A stretch of DNA of 64,000 bases, taken from positions 7,896 through 71,895 of the forward strand of contig JAUIDE010000002.1 in assembly GCA_030429105.1 (NCBI GenBank), in the 5' to 3' direction. Shown here one piece after another: positions 31,067 to 40,033 of this stretch. Position 1 is the stretch's first letter. Each line of letters starts with the position of its first letter. This DNA is from Alphaproteobacteria bacterium (GTDB lineage: Bacteria; Pseudomonadota; Alphaproteobacteria; Rhodobacterales; Rhodobacteraceae). A program made the translations under genes and the position numbers. The notes beneath the pieces were generated by a model. It was not told the origin of the DNA. It did no database searches and saw only the letters and a program-made list of their open reading frames with translations.

Positions 31067-31147
31067 TGTTGCCTACCGTATTCAAGCATGCGAATGTCGC
31101 TGCGTCAGAGAGTCGCCCGAAGCAAGGGCGAACCGGGGAGGACGAAC

Positions 31148-31600
31148 ATGAGAGCCAGGCTGACCGCCATCGCCATCATCGGGGCCGCCGCCGCGGCGAA
31201 TGCGTCGGAGATCGCGCCGCTCGCCGTCTCCTTCACGGACGGCGCGGTCGCGGAGTCGCTCACCGGCGTCGCCGGGGACCCGGCGGAGGGCCGCAAGGCG
31301 GTGTTCACCCGCAGCATGGGCAATTGCCTCGCCTGCCACCAGAATTCCGAGATGGAGGAGCAGCCCTTCCACGGCGAGATCGGCCCGCCGCTCGACGGCG
31401 TCGCCGACCGCTGGACTGTGGAGGAGCTGCGCGGGATCATCGTCAACGCGAAGATGATGTTCGAGGGCACGGCGATGCCCGCCTTCTACCGTGACCCTTC
31501 GGAAGCGATCCGAATTGGCGCGCAGTACGAGGGCAAGACGATCCTGACCGCGCAGCAGGTCGAGGATGTGGTCGCCTATCTCGCCACCCTTAAGGAATGA
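31148..31600 (+). CDS. soxX: Monoheme cytochrome c SoxX
   Basis: Signal peptide and a single CLACH heme motif. GGGGAGGA before ATG 31148. Confidence 0.85.
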   Translation: MRARLTAIAIIGAAAAANASEIAPLAVSFTDGAVAESLTGVAGDPAEGRKAVFTRSMGNCLACHQNSEMEEQPFHGEIGPPLDGVADRWTVEELRGIIVNAKMMFEGTAMPAFYRDPSEAIRIGAQYEGKTILTAQQVEDVVAYLATLKE

Positions 31601-31631
31601 GCCGGAAATGCCCGGCGGAAGGGAGATTGAC

Positions 31632-32057
31632 ATGAACCTGACGAGACGAGGCGCCATCGCGCTCGCTTTCGGGGCCGGTGCGGCGACGATGCTGCCGCTC
31701 CGCACGTGGGCGGCGACGAACAACGCGGAGGAGCTGATCGCGGCCTTCACCGGCGGCGCGGCGACGACGGAGGGCGGCGTGACGATCGGCGCCCCGGAAA
31801 TCGCGGAGAACGGCAACACGGTGCCCGTGGACGTCTCCGCAGAGGGCGCGACGGCGATCCTGATCGTCGCCGCCGGCAACCCGAACGCCGGCGTCGCCGA
31901 GATCACCTTCGGCCCGCTCGCCGCGCGATCCGCCGCCGCGACCCGCGTCCGCCTCGCCGGCACGCAGGACCTCGTCGCCGTCGCCCGCATGGCGGACGGC
32001 TCCTACGCCCGCGCCTCGCGCAACGTGAAAGTCACCATCGGCGGCTGCGGCGGCTGA
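31632..32057 (+). CDS. soxY: Sulfur carrier protein SoxY
   Basis: Tat signal (TRRGAIALAFGAGA) and the diagnostic C-terminal GGCGG swinging-arm motif. Confidence 0.92.
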   Translation: MNLTRRGAIALAFGAGAATMLPLRTWAATNNAEELIAAFTGGAATTEGGVTIGAPEIAENGNTVPVDVSAEGATAILIVAAGNPNAGVAEITFGPLAARSAAATRVRLAGTQDLVAVARMADGSYARASRNVKVTIGGCGG

Positions 32058-32078
32058 CGGAACCCGGAGGAACAGACC

Positions 32079-32405
32079 ATGGCAGCCGTAAAACCCCGCG
32101 TGAAGGTCCCCTCCAAGGCTTCGGCCGGGGAAACCATCACCGTCAAGACGCTGATCTCCCACCCGATGGAGAGCGGCCAGCGCAAGGACAAGGACGGGAA
32201 CGTCATCCCGCGCAAGATCATCAACACCTTCGCCGCAACCTTCGAGGGCGAGGAGGTTATCCGGATCAAGGTGGAGCCCGCAGTCTCCGCCAACCCGTAT
32301 TTCGAGTTCGACATGAAGGTGCCCGGAACCGGGACGCTGGCCTTCGCTTGGACCGACGATGACGGGACCGTCTACACCGAAGACAAGAAGATCGAGGTCG
32401 CCTGA
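32079..32405 (+). CDS. soxZ: SoxZ, partner of SoxY
   Basis: 108 aa with SoxZ-like blocks (HPMESGQRKD, ANPYFEF). Position after soxY. Confidence 0.9.
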   Translation: MAAVKPRVKVPSKASAGETITVKTLISHPMESGQRKDKDGNVIPRKIINTFAATFEGEEVIRIKVEPAVSANPYFEFDMKVPGTGTLAFAWTDDDGTVYTEDKKIEVA

Positions 32406-32433
32406 GAAACAGGCGCCGAGGGGAGGAACGAAG

Positions 32434-33279
32434 ATGAGACTCGCGCTCGGGGCGCTCGCCGCTCTCGCCGCCGTAACAATCGGGGCCGCCGGAGCCCACG
32501 CCGGGCCCGACGAGGACAAGCTGGTCGTCGACGGCGTCGAGATCGCCACGGAGGCGCCCGCGCCCGAGGGGCATCCGCTGGACAAGCTCTATTCCGGCTG
32601 GCGCTTCCGCACGGACGAGACGCAGGCGCTCCAGATGGACGATTTCGAGAACCCGGCCATGGTCGCCGTGGAATACGGGATCGAGCTCTGGGGCAAGCCG
32701 GCCGGCGCCTCCGGCAAATCCTGCGCTGATTGCCATGGCGACGTTTCGGAACTCGCCGGCCTCCGCGCCGTGATGCCGAAATGGTCCGAGGCGGCGGGCA
32801 GGCCGCTCACGATGGAGCAGTGGATCAACTGGTCCATCGAGACCCATCAGGAGGCGGAGCCCTGGAAATGGGAGAGCCAGGAGATGCTCGGCATGACCGC
32901 GCTGATCGGCCTCCAGTCCCGCGGGATGCCCGTCGCACCGGACATGTCGGGCGGCATGGCCGAATGGCAGGAGCGGGGGAAGGAAATCTACTACACCCGC
33001 ATGGGCCAGCTCGATTTCGCTTGCGCCACCTGCCATGAGGCCAATACCGGCTACATGCTGCGGGCGGACCATCTCAGCCAGGGGCAGAGCAACGGCTTCC
33101 CGACCTATCGGCTGAAATGGCAGAACATCGGTTCGCTCCACCGCCGCCTCGAAGGCTGCGTGAAGGATGCGCGGGCCGAGCCCTGGAAGCCGGGATCGGA
33201 CGAGTTCGTGGCGCTGGAAGCCTATCTCGCCACCCGCGGCGCGGGGCTGATGATCGAGACTCCTTCCGTCAGGCAGTGA
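32434..33279 (+). CDS. soxA: Diheme cytochrome c SoxA
   Basis: Signal peptide, two heme motifs (CADCH, CATCH) and the LEGC block holding the conserved Cys. GAGGGGAGGA before the ATG. Confidence 0.9.
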   Translation: MRLALGALAALAAVTIGAAGAHAGPDEDKLVVDGVEIATEAPAPEGHPLDKLYSGWRFRTDETQALQMDDFENPAMVAVEYGIELWGKPAGASGKSCADCHGDVSELAGLRAVMPKWSEAAGRPLTMEQWINWSIETHQEAEPWKWESQEMLGMTALIGLQSRGMPVAPDMSGGMAEWQERGKEIYYTRMGQLDFACATCHEANTGYMLRADHLSQGQSNGFPTYRLKWQNIGSLHRRLEGCVKDARAEPWKPGSDEFVALEAYLATRGAGLMIETPSVRQ

Positions 33280-33285
33280 TCCAGC

Positions 33286-33321
33286 GGCCCCCGCGCCCGG
33301 CGCGGGGGCCGTTTCGTTTCT
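33286..33321 (+). terminator. Intrinsic-terminator-like hairpin between soxA and soxB
   Basis: GGCCCCCGCGC-loop-GCGCGGGGGCC (10-11 bp GC stem) followed by GTTTCGTTTCT. Confidence 0.5.
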
Positions 33322-33364
33322 GAGTTCAACACCGGGTTGATGTGGAACCCGGAGACAAAAGGGT

Positions 33365-35053
33365 GTGATAATGATCTCCCGCCGCGACTTTCTCCAGGCG
33401 AGCGTCGCCGCCGCCGCCCTTCTCGGCGGCGGAGGCTGGACCCGGCTGATGGCGCAGCAGGGGCTGACGGAGGCGCAGCTCCTCGATTTCGAGACGACGG
33501 GCAACGTCACGATCATCCATGTGACGGACATCCACGCCCAGCTGAAGCCGCTCTGGTTCCGCGAGCCGGAGATCAATCTCGGCGTGGGCATGGCGGCCGG
33601 AAAGCCGCCGCATGTCACCGGCGCCGACTTCCTGAAAATGTTCGACCTGAAGCCCGGAACGCCCGAGGCCTACGCCCTCACGCATGTCGACTTCATCGAG
33701 CTCGGCAAGGCTTACGGCCGGATGGGCGGGCTCGACCGGGTGGCGACCATCGTCAAGGCGATCCGCGCCGCGCGGCCCGAGGCGCTGCTGCTCGACGGGG
33801 GCGACACCTGGACGGGCTCCTACGTCTCCGAGGCGACGAAGGGGCAGGACATGGTGGACGTGATGAACCTCCTCGCGCCCGACGCGATGACGGCGCACTG
33901 GGAGTTCACGCTCGGGCGGGAGCGGGTGGACGAGCTGATCTCCGCCCTGCCCTTCCCCTTCCTTGGCGCGAACATCTTCGACAGCGAATGGGACGAGCCG
34001 GCCTACGAGCCCTACAAGATGTTCGAGCGCGGCGGCGTGAAGATCGCCGTGATAGGGCAGGCCTTCCCCTACATGCCCATCGCCAATCCGGGCTGGATGT
34101 TCCCCGGCCTCTCCTTCGGCGTGCGGGAGGAGCGGGTCGCGGAGCTGGTCGCGGAGGTCCGGGGCGAGGGGGCGGAGCTCGTCGTCCTCCTCTCCCATAA
34201 CGGCTTCGACGTGGACCGGAAGCTGGCGGGCCAGGTGGAGGGGATCGACGTGATCCTGACCGGCCATACGCATGACGCGCTGCCCGAGCCCGTGCTCGTC
34301 GGCAATACCATGCTGATCGCCTCCGGCTCCAACGGCAAATTCGTCACCCGGCTCGATCTCGACGTGCGGGAGGGAGCAGTGAAGGGCTTCCGCCACCGCC
34401 TCATCCCCGTCTTCTCCGACGTGATCGCGCCCGACCCGGAAATGGCCGCGCTGATCGACGAGACGCGCGCACCCCACGAGGCGCGGCTCCGCGAGGTGAT
34501 CGGGCGGACGGACTCGCTCCTCTATCGCCGCGGCAACTTCAACGGCACATGGGACGACCTGATCTGCAACGCCCTGATCGAGGAGCGGGAGGCGGACCTC
34601 GCCTTCTCCCCCGGCTTCCGCTGGGGCCCCTCCCTGATGCCGGGGGACGAGATCACGCGGGAGGATATCCACAACGCCACCGCCATGTCCTACCCCGCAG
34701 CCTATCGCGTGGAGATGACGGGCGAGACGATCCACACAATCCTGGAGGACGTGGCGGACAATCTCTTCAACCCCGACCCCTATTACCAGCAGGGCGGGGA
34801 CATGGTCCGCGTCGGGGGCATGGGCTACTCCATCGACGTCGCGAAGCCGATGGGCGCGCGGATCACCGACATGACGCATCTCGCCACCGGCGAGGCCATC
34901 GACCCGGCCCGGACATACGTCGTCGCCGGCTGGGCCTCCGTCAACGAGGGAACCGAGGGCCCGCCGATCTGGGAGGTGGTGGAGAGCCACATCGCCCGGA
35001 AAGGCGTGGTGAGCGTCGATCCGAACAAGTCCGTCCGCGTGACGGGCGCCTGA
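33365..35053 (+). CDS. soxB: Thiosulfohydrolase SoxB (dimanganese 5'-nucleotidase family)
   Basis: Tat signal SRRDFLQASVAAAA, metallophosphoesterase blocks (HVTDIHAQ, GGDTW, SHNGFDVD, GHTHD). 562 aa. Confidence 0.95.
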   Translation: MIMISRRDFLQASVAAAALLGGGGWTRLMAQQGLTEAQLLDFETTGNVTIIHVTDIHAQLKPLWFREPEINLGVGMAAGKPPHVTGADFLKMFDLKPGTPEAYALTHVDFIELGKAYGRMGGLDRVATIVKAIRAARPEALLLDGGDTWTGSYVSEATKGQDMVDVMNLLAPDAMTAHWEFTLGRERVDELISALPFPFLGANIFDSEWDEPAYEPYKMFERGGVKIAVIGQAFPYMPIANPGWMFPGLSFGVREERVAELVAEVRGEGAELVVLLSHNGFDVDRKLAGQVEGIDVILTGHTHDALPEPVLVGNTMLIASGSNGKFVTRLDLDVREGAVKGFRHRLIPVFSDVIAPDPEMAALIDETRAPHEARLREVIGRTDSLLYRRGNFNGTWDDLICNALIEEREADLAFSPGFRWGPSLMPGDEITREDIHNATAMSYPAAYRVEMTGETIHTILEDVADNLFNPDPYYQQGGDMVRVGGMGYSIDVAKPMGARITDMTHLATGEAIDPARTYVVAGWASVNEGTEGPPIWEVVESHIARKGVVSVDPNKSVRVTGA

Positions 35054-35063
35054 ACGGGAGGCA

Positions 35064-36323
35064 ATGATGAGCGAAGCGAAATCCACAAGGCGCGGTTTCC
35101 TCACCGGCGGCGCCGTCGCCGCCGGGGGCGCGCTTCTCGGCGCCGGCGCGGCGCGGGCGGGCGACCCGGCGATCCTCGAGAAACAGCCCTGGGCCCAGTA
35201 TCTCGGCGAGGGGGTGGACGCGCGGCCCTACGGCTATCCCTCTCCGTTCGAGGCGCATGTCGTGCGGCGGGACGTGCCGTGGCTCACCGCCGATGCGGTC
35301 AGCTCCGTCAACTTCACGCCGCTCCATGAGCTGGACGGGATCATCACCCCGAACGGCCTCTGCTTCGAGCGGCACCATGCCGGCATCGCGGAGGTGGACC
35401 CGGCGGAATACCGGCTGATGATCAACGGCCTCGTTGACCGCTCGCTCGTCTTCACCCTTTCGGACCTGATGCGCTTCCCGCGCGTGAATCGCGTGCATTT
35501 CCTCGAATGCGCGGCGAACAGCGGCATGGAATGGCGCGGCGCGCAGCTGAACGGCTGCCAGTTCACGCACGGCATGATCCACAACGTGATGTATACCGGC
35601 GTCCGCCTCTCCGACCTCCTCAACGAGGCGGGCGTGAAGACGACCGGCAAGTGGATCCTCCCCGAGGGCGCGGACGCCTCCGCCATGACCCGCTCCATCC
35701 CGATGGAGAAGGCGATGGAGGATTGCCTGGTCGCCTTCAAGATGAACGGCGAGGCGCTCCGCCCCGAACAGGGCTATCCCGTCCGGCTCGTCGTGCCGGG
35801 CTGGGAAGGCAACATGTGGGTCAAGTGGCTCCGCCGCATCGAGGTGGGGGACGAGCCCTGGCACCACCGGGAGGAGACGTCGAAATACACCGACCTCCTG
35901 CCGAACGGGAAGGCGCGGTTCTTCACCTGGGAGATGGACGCGAAATCCGTCATCACCAACCCCTCCCCGCAGGCGCCGATCACGCACGGGCCGGGGCCGA
36001 TGGTGCTGACCGGCGTCGCCTGGTCCGGCCGCGGCACGATCCCGCGGGTGGACGTGACGCTGGACGGCGGGGCGAACTGGGTGGAGGCGCGGATGGACGG
36101 GCCGAGCCTCGACAAGTCCATGCACCGTTTTTACCACGATTTCGTCTGGGACGGGCGGCCGCTCCTCCTCCAGTCCCGCGCGCATGATTCCACCGGCTAT
36201 GTCCAGCCGACCAAGGACGAGCTCCGCAAGGCGCGGGGCGAAAACTCCATCTACCACAACAACGGCATCCAGACCTGGGCCGTGAACGAGTCCGGGGAGG
36301 CGGAAAATGTCGAGATTTCCTAA
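35064..36323 (+). CDS. soxC: Sulfane dehydrogenase molybdopterin subunit SoxC
   Basis: Tat signal TRRGFLTGGAV and a sulfite-oxidase-family Moco domain (ECAANSG, GYPVRLVVPGWEGNMWVKWL). Confidence 0.92.
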   Translation: MMSEAKSTRRGFLTGGAVAAGGALLGAGAARAGDPAILEKQPWAQYLGEGVDARPYGYPSPFEAHVVRRDVPWLTADAVSSVNFTPLHELDGIITPNGLCFERHHAGIAEVDPAEYRLMINGLVDRSLVFTLSDLMRFPRVNRVHFLECAANSGMEWRGAQLNGCQFTHGMIHNVMYTGVRLSDLLNEAGVKTTGKWILPEGADASAMTRSIPMEKAMEDCLVAFKMNGEALRPEQGYPVRLVVPGWEGNMWVKWLRRIEVGDEPWHHREETSKYTDLLPNGKARFFTWEMDAKSVITNPSPQAPITHGPGPMVLTGVAWSGRGTIPRVDVTLDGGANWVEARMDGPSLDKSMHRFYHDFVWDGRPLLLQSRAHDSTGYVQPTKDELRKARGENSIYHNNGIQTWAVNESGEAENVEIS

Positions 36324-37386
36324 GGCGCTCACGCTCGCCGCATTGTCTCTCGCGGTCGCCGGCGGCGCCGCCGCGCAGAACTTCGGACTCGGCCGCGCGG
36401 CGCTCCCCGAAGAAGTCGCGGCATGGGACATAGACATCCGGCCCGACGGCGCGGGCCTTCCCGAAGGCTCCGGCGACGTGGCGACCGGGGAGGAGCTCTT
36501 CACCGAGAAATGCGCCGTCTGTCACGGCGATTTCGGCGAGGGCGCCGGCCGCTGGCCGGTGCTCGCGGGCGGGATCGACACGCTGAAGGCGGAGCATCCG
36601 GTCAAGACCGTGGGCTCCTACTGGCCCTATCTCTCCACCGTCTACGATTATGTCCACCGCGCCATGCCCTTCGGCGAGGCGCAGTCGCTGAGCCCGGACG
36701 AGACCTATGCGCTCGTCGCCTACATCCTCTATCTCAACGACATCGTGGATGACGAGTTCACGCTCTCGAAGGAGAATTTCCTCGAAGTCGAGATGCCGAA
36801 CGCCGCCGGGTTCTTCCCGGACGACCGCGCAGAGGAGGCTTTCGCCGGTCCGCGCGATATCTGCATGACGGATTGCAAGACGGACGTGCGGATCACCGCC
36901 CGCGCCGCCGTGCTCGACGTGACGCCGGAGGACGGCTCGGCGCCCGTCGGCGTCAGCCTCGAAGGGGACGGCGCGCCGCCCGCCCCCGCCGCCGAGCCGG
37001 AGAAAAAGGCGGAGGCGGAGCCTGTCGTCGTCGCCGCCGCCGAGCCCGCCAACGCCGCCTTCGACGCCGCGCTCGCGGCGGAGGGCGAGACGCTCTTCAA
37101 GAAGTGCAAGGCCTGCCACAAGGTGGAGGCCGGGGCGAAGCACGGCACGGGCCCCGTTCTCCACGGGATCGTCGACGCGCCGATCGGCCAGGCGGAGGGC
37201 TACAAATACTCCAAGGCCTTCGCGGAACTCGCGGAGAGCGGCGCGACATGGGACGAGGCGGCGCTCCACGCCTTCCTCGAAAAGCCGAAGGACTTCGCCA
37301 AGGGCACGAAGATGAGTTTCGCCGGCCTCAAGACGGCGGAGGAGCGGGCGGCGGTGATCGAATACCTGAGATCGGTCTCGCAATGA
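36307..37386 (+). CDS. soxD: Diheme cytochrome c SoxD
   Basis: Signal peptide and CAVCH plus CKACH motifs. Overlaps soxC and soxE. Confidence 0.88.
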   Translation: MSRFPKALTLAALSLAVAGGAAAQNFGLGRAALPEEVAAWDIDIRPDGAGLPEGSGDVATGEELFTEKCAVCHGDFGEGAGRWPVLAGGIDTLKAEHPVKTVGSYWPYLSTVYDYVHRAMPFGEAQSLSPDETYALVAYILYLNDIVDDEFTLSKENFLEVEMPNAAGFFPDDRAEEAFAGPRDICMTDCKTDVRITARAAVLDVTPEDGSAPVGVSLEGDGAPPAPAAEPEKKAEAEPVVVAAAEPANAAFDAALAAEGETLFKKCKACHKVEAGAKHGTGPVLHGIVDAPIGQAEGYKYSKAFAELAESGATWDEAALHAFLEKPKDFAKGTKMSFAGLKTAEERAAVIEYLRSVSQ

Positions 37387-38072
37387 CCCGGCTCGCCCTC
37401 GCCCTCCTCCTCGCCCTCGCCGCGCCCGCCTCGGCGGACCGGGCGCAGGTCGCGGCGGGCGAGGCGGCCTTCCGGAAATGCGCCTCCTGCCACAAGATCG
37501 GCCCCGGCGCGAAACATGCGACGGGGCCGCATCTGAACGGCGTCTTCGGGCGGAAGGCCGGCGCGCTGGAGGATTTCCGATACTCGCCGGACATCGTGCG
37601 CATGGGGAATGACGGCCTCGTCTGGGATTACGAGAAGCTGCACCTCTATCTCGAAAACCCCAAGACGCTCGTCTCCGGCACCCGCATGAACTTCCGCGGC
37701 GTTCGGGACGAGGCGGAGCGGGCGGCGATCATCGCCTTCCTCCGCGCCTATTCCGACAAGCCCTCGGACATCCCTGAAAGCGCGCCGACCAATCCGGGCG
37801 GGGACCCGCAGGTCGCCGCCGCCATCCTCGCCATCCAGGGCGACCCGGATTACGGCGAATATCTCTCCGGCGAATGCGTCACCTGCCATCAGGTCGACGG
37901 GGCGGACGAGGGGATTCCGTCCATCACCGGCTGGAACGAGGACGATTTCGTCACGGCGCTCCACGCCTACCGGGCGAAGCACAGGGCGAACCCGGCGATG
38001 CAGCTCGTCGCCGCGCGGCTCTCCGATGAGGAGATCGCCGGCCTCGCCGCCTTTTTCGCGAAGATCGACTGA
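37383..38072 (+). CDS. soxE: Diheme cytochrome c SoxE
   Basis: Internal ATG of track ORF 36873..38072, overlapping the soxD stop (ATGA). Signal peptide and CASCH plus CVTCH motifs. Confidence 0.8.
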   Translation: MTRLALALLLALAAPASADRAQVAAGEAAFRKCASCHKIGPGAKHATGPHLNGVFGRKAGALEDFRYSPDIVRMGNDGLVWDYEKLHLYLENPKTLVSGTRMNFRGVRDEAERAAIIAFLRAYSDKPSDIPESAPTNPGGDPQVAAAILAIQGDPDYGEYLSGECVTCHQVDGADEGIPSITGWNEDDFVTALHAYRAKHRANPAMQLVAARLSDEEIAGLAAFFAKID

Positions 38073-38098
38073 ACAAGAACCAGAACCGGGAGGAAGCC

Positions 38099-39364
38099 AT
38101 GTCCATTCACCTAAGCCGCCGCGGATTTCTCGGCGCCGGCGCCGCAGCCTCTGCGCTGCTCGCTGCGCCGATGCTCCGCGCGCAGGGCAAGCCGCGCGTC
38201 GTCGTCATCGGCGGCGGCGCGGGCGGCGCCACCGCGGCGCGCTACATCGCGAAGGACTCGAAGGGGGAGATCGAGGTCACGCTGGTCGAGCCGTCGAAAA
38301 CCTATCACACCTGCTTCTTCTCCAACCTCTATATCGGCGGCTTCCGGACCTGGGAGTCGCTCGAACATTCCTATGCCGGGCTCGAGGCAGGCGGCGTCAC
38401 GGTCGTCCACGACATGGCGTCAGGGGTGGACCGGGCGGCGAAGACGGTCGCGCTCGCGGGCGGCGGCTCCCTTCCCTACGACCGGCTGATCCTCTCCCCC
38501 GGCATCGAATTCGTGGAAGGCTCCGTCCCCGGCTGGTCGGAGGCGGATGCCGGGGTCATGCCACACGGCTACAAGAGCGGGACGCAGGCCGCGCTGAAGG
38601 CGCAGATCGACGCCATGCCCGCGGGCGGAACCTTCGTCATGATCGCCCCGCCGAACCCCTATCGCTGCCCGCCGGGGCCCTATGAGCGCATCTCCATGGT
38701 CGCCCATGCGCTGAAGGCGAAGAACCCGACCGCGAAGATCCTCGTCGCCGACCCGAAGGAGAAGTTCTCCAAGCAGGCGCTCTTCGAGGAGGGCTGGGGC
38801 AAACACTATCCCGGCATGATCGAGCGGATCGGGCCGGATTTCGGCGGCGGCAATGTCGAGGTGCGCCCCGGCTCCATGGAGGTCGTGATCGACGGCGAGG
38901 TGGTGAAGGCGGACGCCGTCAACGTCATACCGGCGCAGAAGGCGGGCATGATCGCCGCCGCCGCGGGGCTGACGGCGGACTCGGGCTGGGCGCCGGTGAA
39001 CGCCGCCGACATGTCCTCCAAGATGGACGAGAATGTCCATGTGCTGGGAGACGCCGCGGCGCAGGGGGACATGCCGAAATCCGGCTTCGCCGCCAACAGC
39101 CAGGCCAAGGTCTGCGCCATGGCGGTCCGCGGCGCGCTCACCGGCTCCAAGGTCTTCCCCGCCAAGTTCTCGAACACCTGCTGGTCTCTGATCGACGCGG
39201 AGGATGGCGTGAAGGTCGGCGCCAACTACGAAGCGACGCCGGAAAAGATCGCCTCGACCGAGAGCTTCATCAGCCAGACGGGAGAGGACGCGGCGCTGAG
39301 GAAGCAGACCTACGAGGAAAGCCTCGGCTGGTATGCCGGGATCACCGCCGACATGTTCGGCTGA
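38099..39364 (+). CDS. soxF: Flavocytochrome-c-sulfide-dehydrogenase-type flavoprotein SoxF
   Basis: Tat signal SRRGFLGAGAAA, FAD fold VVVIGGGAGGATAA and the FCSD-type Cys pair region (YRCPPGPYER). Confidence 0.88.
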   Translation: MSIHLSRRGFLGAGAAASALLAAPMLRAQGKPRVVVIGGGAGGATAARYIAKDSKGEIEVTLVEPSKTYHTCFFSNLYIGGFRTWESLEHSYAGLEAGGVTVVHDMASGVDRAAKTVALAGGGSLPYDRLILSPGIEFVEGSVPGWSEADAGVMPHGYKSGTQAALKAQIDAMPAGGTFVMIAPPNPYRCPPGPYERISMVAHALKAKNPTAKILVADPKEKFSKQALFEEGWGKHYPGMIERIGPDFGGGNVEVRPGSMEVVIDGEVVKADAVNVIPAQKAGMIAAAAGLTADSGWAPVNAADMSSKMDENVHVLGDAAAQGDMPKSGFAANSQAKVCAMAVRGALTGSKVFPAKFSNTCWSLIDAEDGVKVGANYEATPEKIASTESFISQTGEDAALRKQTYEESLGWYAGITADMFG

Positions 39365-39370
39365 AACCCC

Positions 39371-39406
39371 GCCGCCCCGGCCCCCGCGCCGGGGCGGCGC
39401 ATTTCT
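39371..39406 (+). terminator. Intrinsic-terminator-like hairpin after soxF
   Basis: GCCGCCCCGGC-ccccgc-GCCGGGGCGGC followed by GCATTTCT. Confidence 0.5.
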
Positions 39407-39416
39407 GGAGGTTGAG

Positions 39417-39848
39417 ATGAAACGGATCGCCGGAACCCTGCTCGCCCTCGCCCTGCCCCTCGCGGCCTCGGCCGAAGGCGCCAAGACCTATCCTTTCGAC
39501 GGCTCGTTCGAGGACGCGGCCTTCGCCGTGGAAAGCGCCATCGTCGGGCGCGGGCTCGTTATCGACTATGTGAGCCATGTGGGCGAGATGCTGGAGCGGA
39601 CGAAGGCTGATGTGGGGGGCGCCGAGACGCTCTTCGCCGAGGCGGACGTCTTCCTCTTCTGCTCCGCCGTCCTCTCCCGCAAGGTGATGGAGGCGGACCC
39701 GATGAACATCGCCCATTGCCCCTACGGGATATTCGTCGCGGAGCGGGAGGGCGCGGTGATGATCGGCTACCGACCCATGCCGGAGGGCGCGATGAAGGAG
39801 GTCGAGGCATTGCTGGACGAGATCGCGCAGGAAGCCGCGGGCGGGTGA
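39417..39848 (+). CDS. DUF302 domain protein with signal peptide
   Basis: MKRIAGTLLALALPLAASA signal and a DUF302-like core (FEDAAFAVESAIVGRGLVIDYVSHVG...CPYGIFV). CTGGAGG before the ATG. Confidence 0.78.
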   Translation: MKRIAGTLLALALPLAASAEGAKTYPFDGSFEDAAFAVESAIVGRGLVIDYVSHVGEMLERTKADVGGAETLFAEADVFLFCSAVLSRKVMEADPMNIAHCPYGIFVAEREGAVMIGYRPMPEGAMKEVEALLDEIAQEAAGG

Positions 39849-40033
39849 GCCGGGCTATGTGCACACGGTGTGCAGAGGGCTTATATATCTGAAATAGATA
39901 CCTAATCTGAAAATGGCGCGCGTGACGCCTTTGCCGGCCCCGGCCCTGAGCCGGGGCCCCGATGAGGGGAGCGGGGCGCTCATTTCCGCGAGGCCCCAAA
40001 TCAAGTCCGGGGCCGGCGCAAGGGCCGGGCGCT

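Noticed and set aside
33326-35104. 592-aa minus-strand ORF
   Set aside because: It is the antisense shadow of soxB. It shows no family features, whereas soxB has a Tat signal and metallophosphoesterase motifs.
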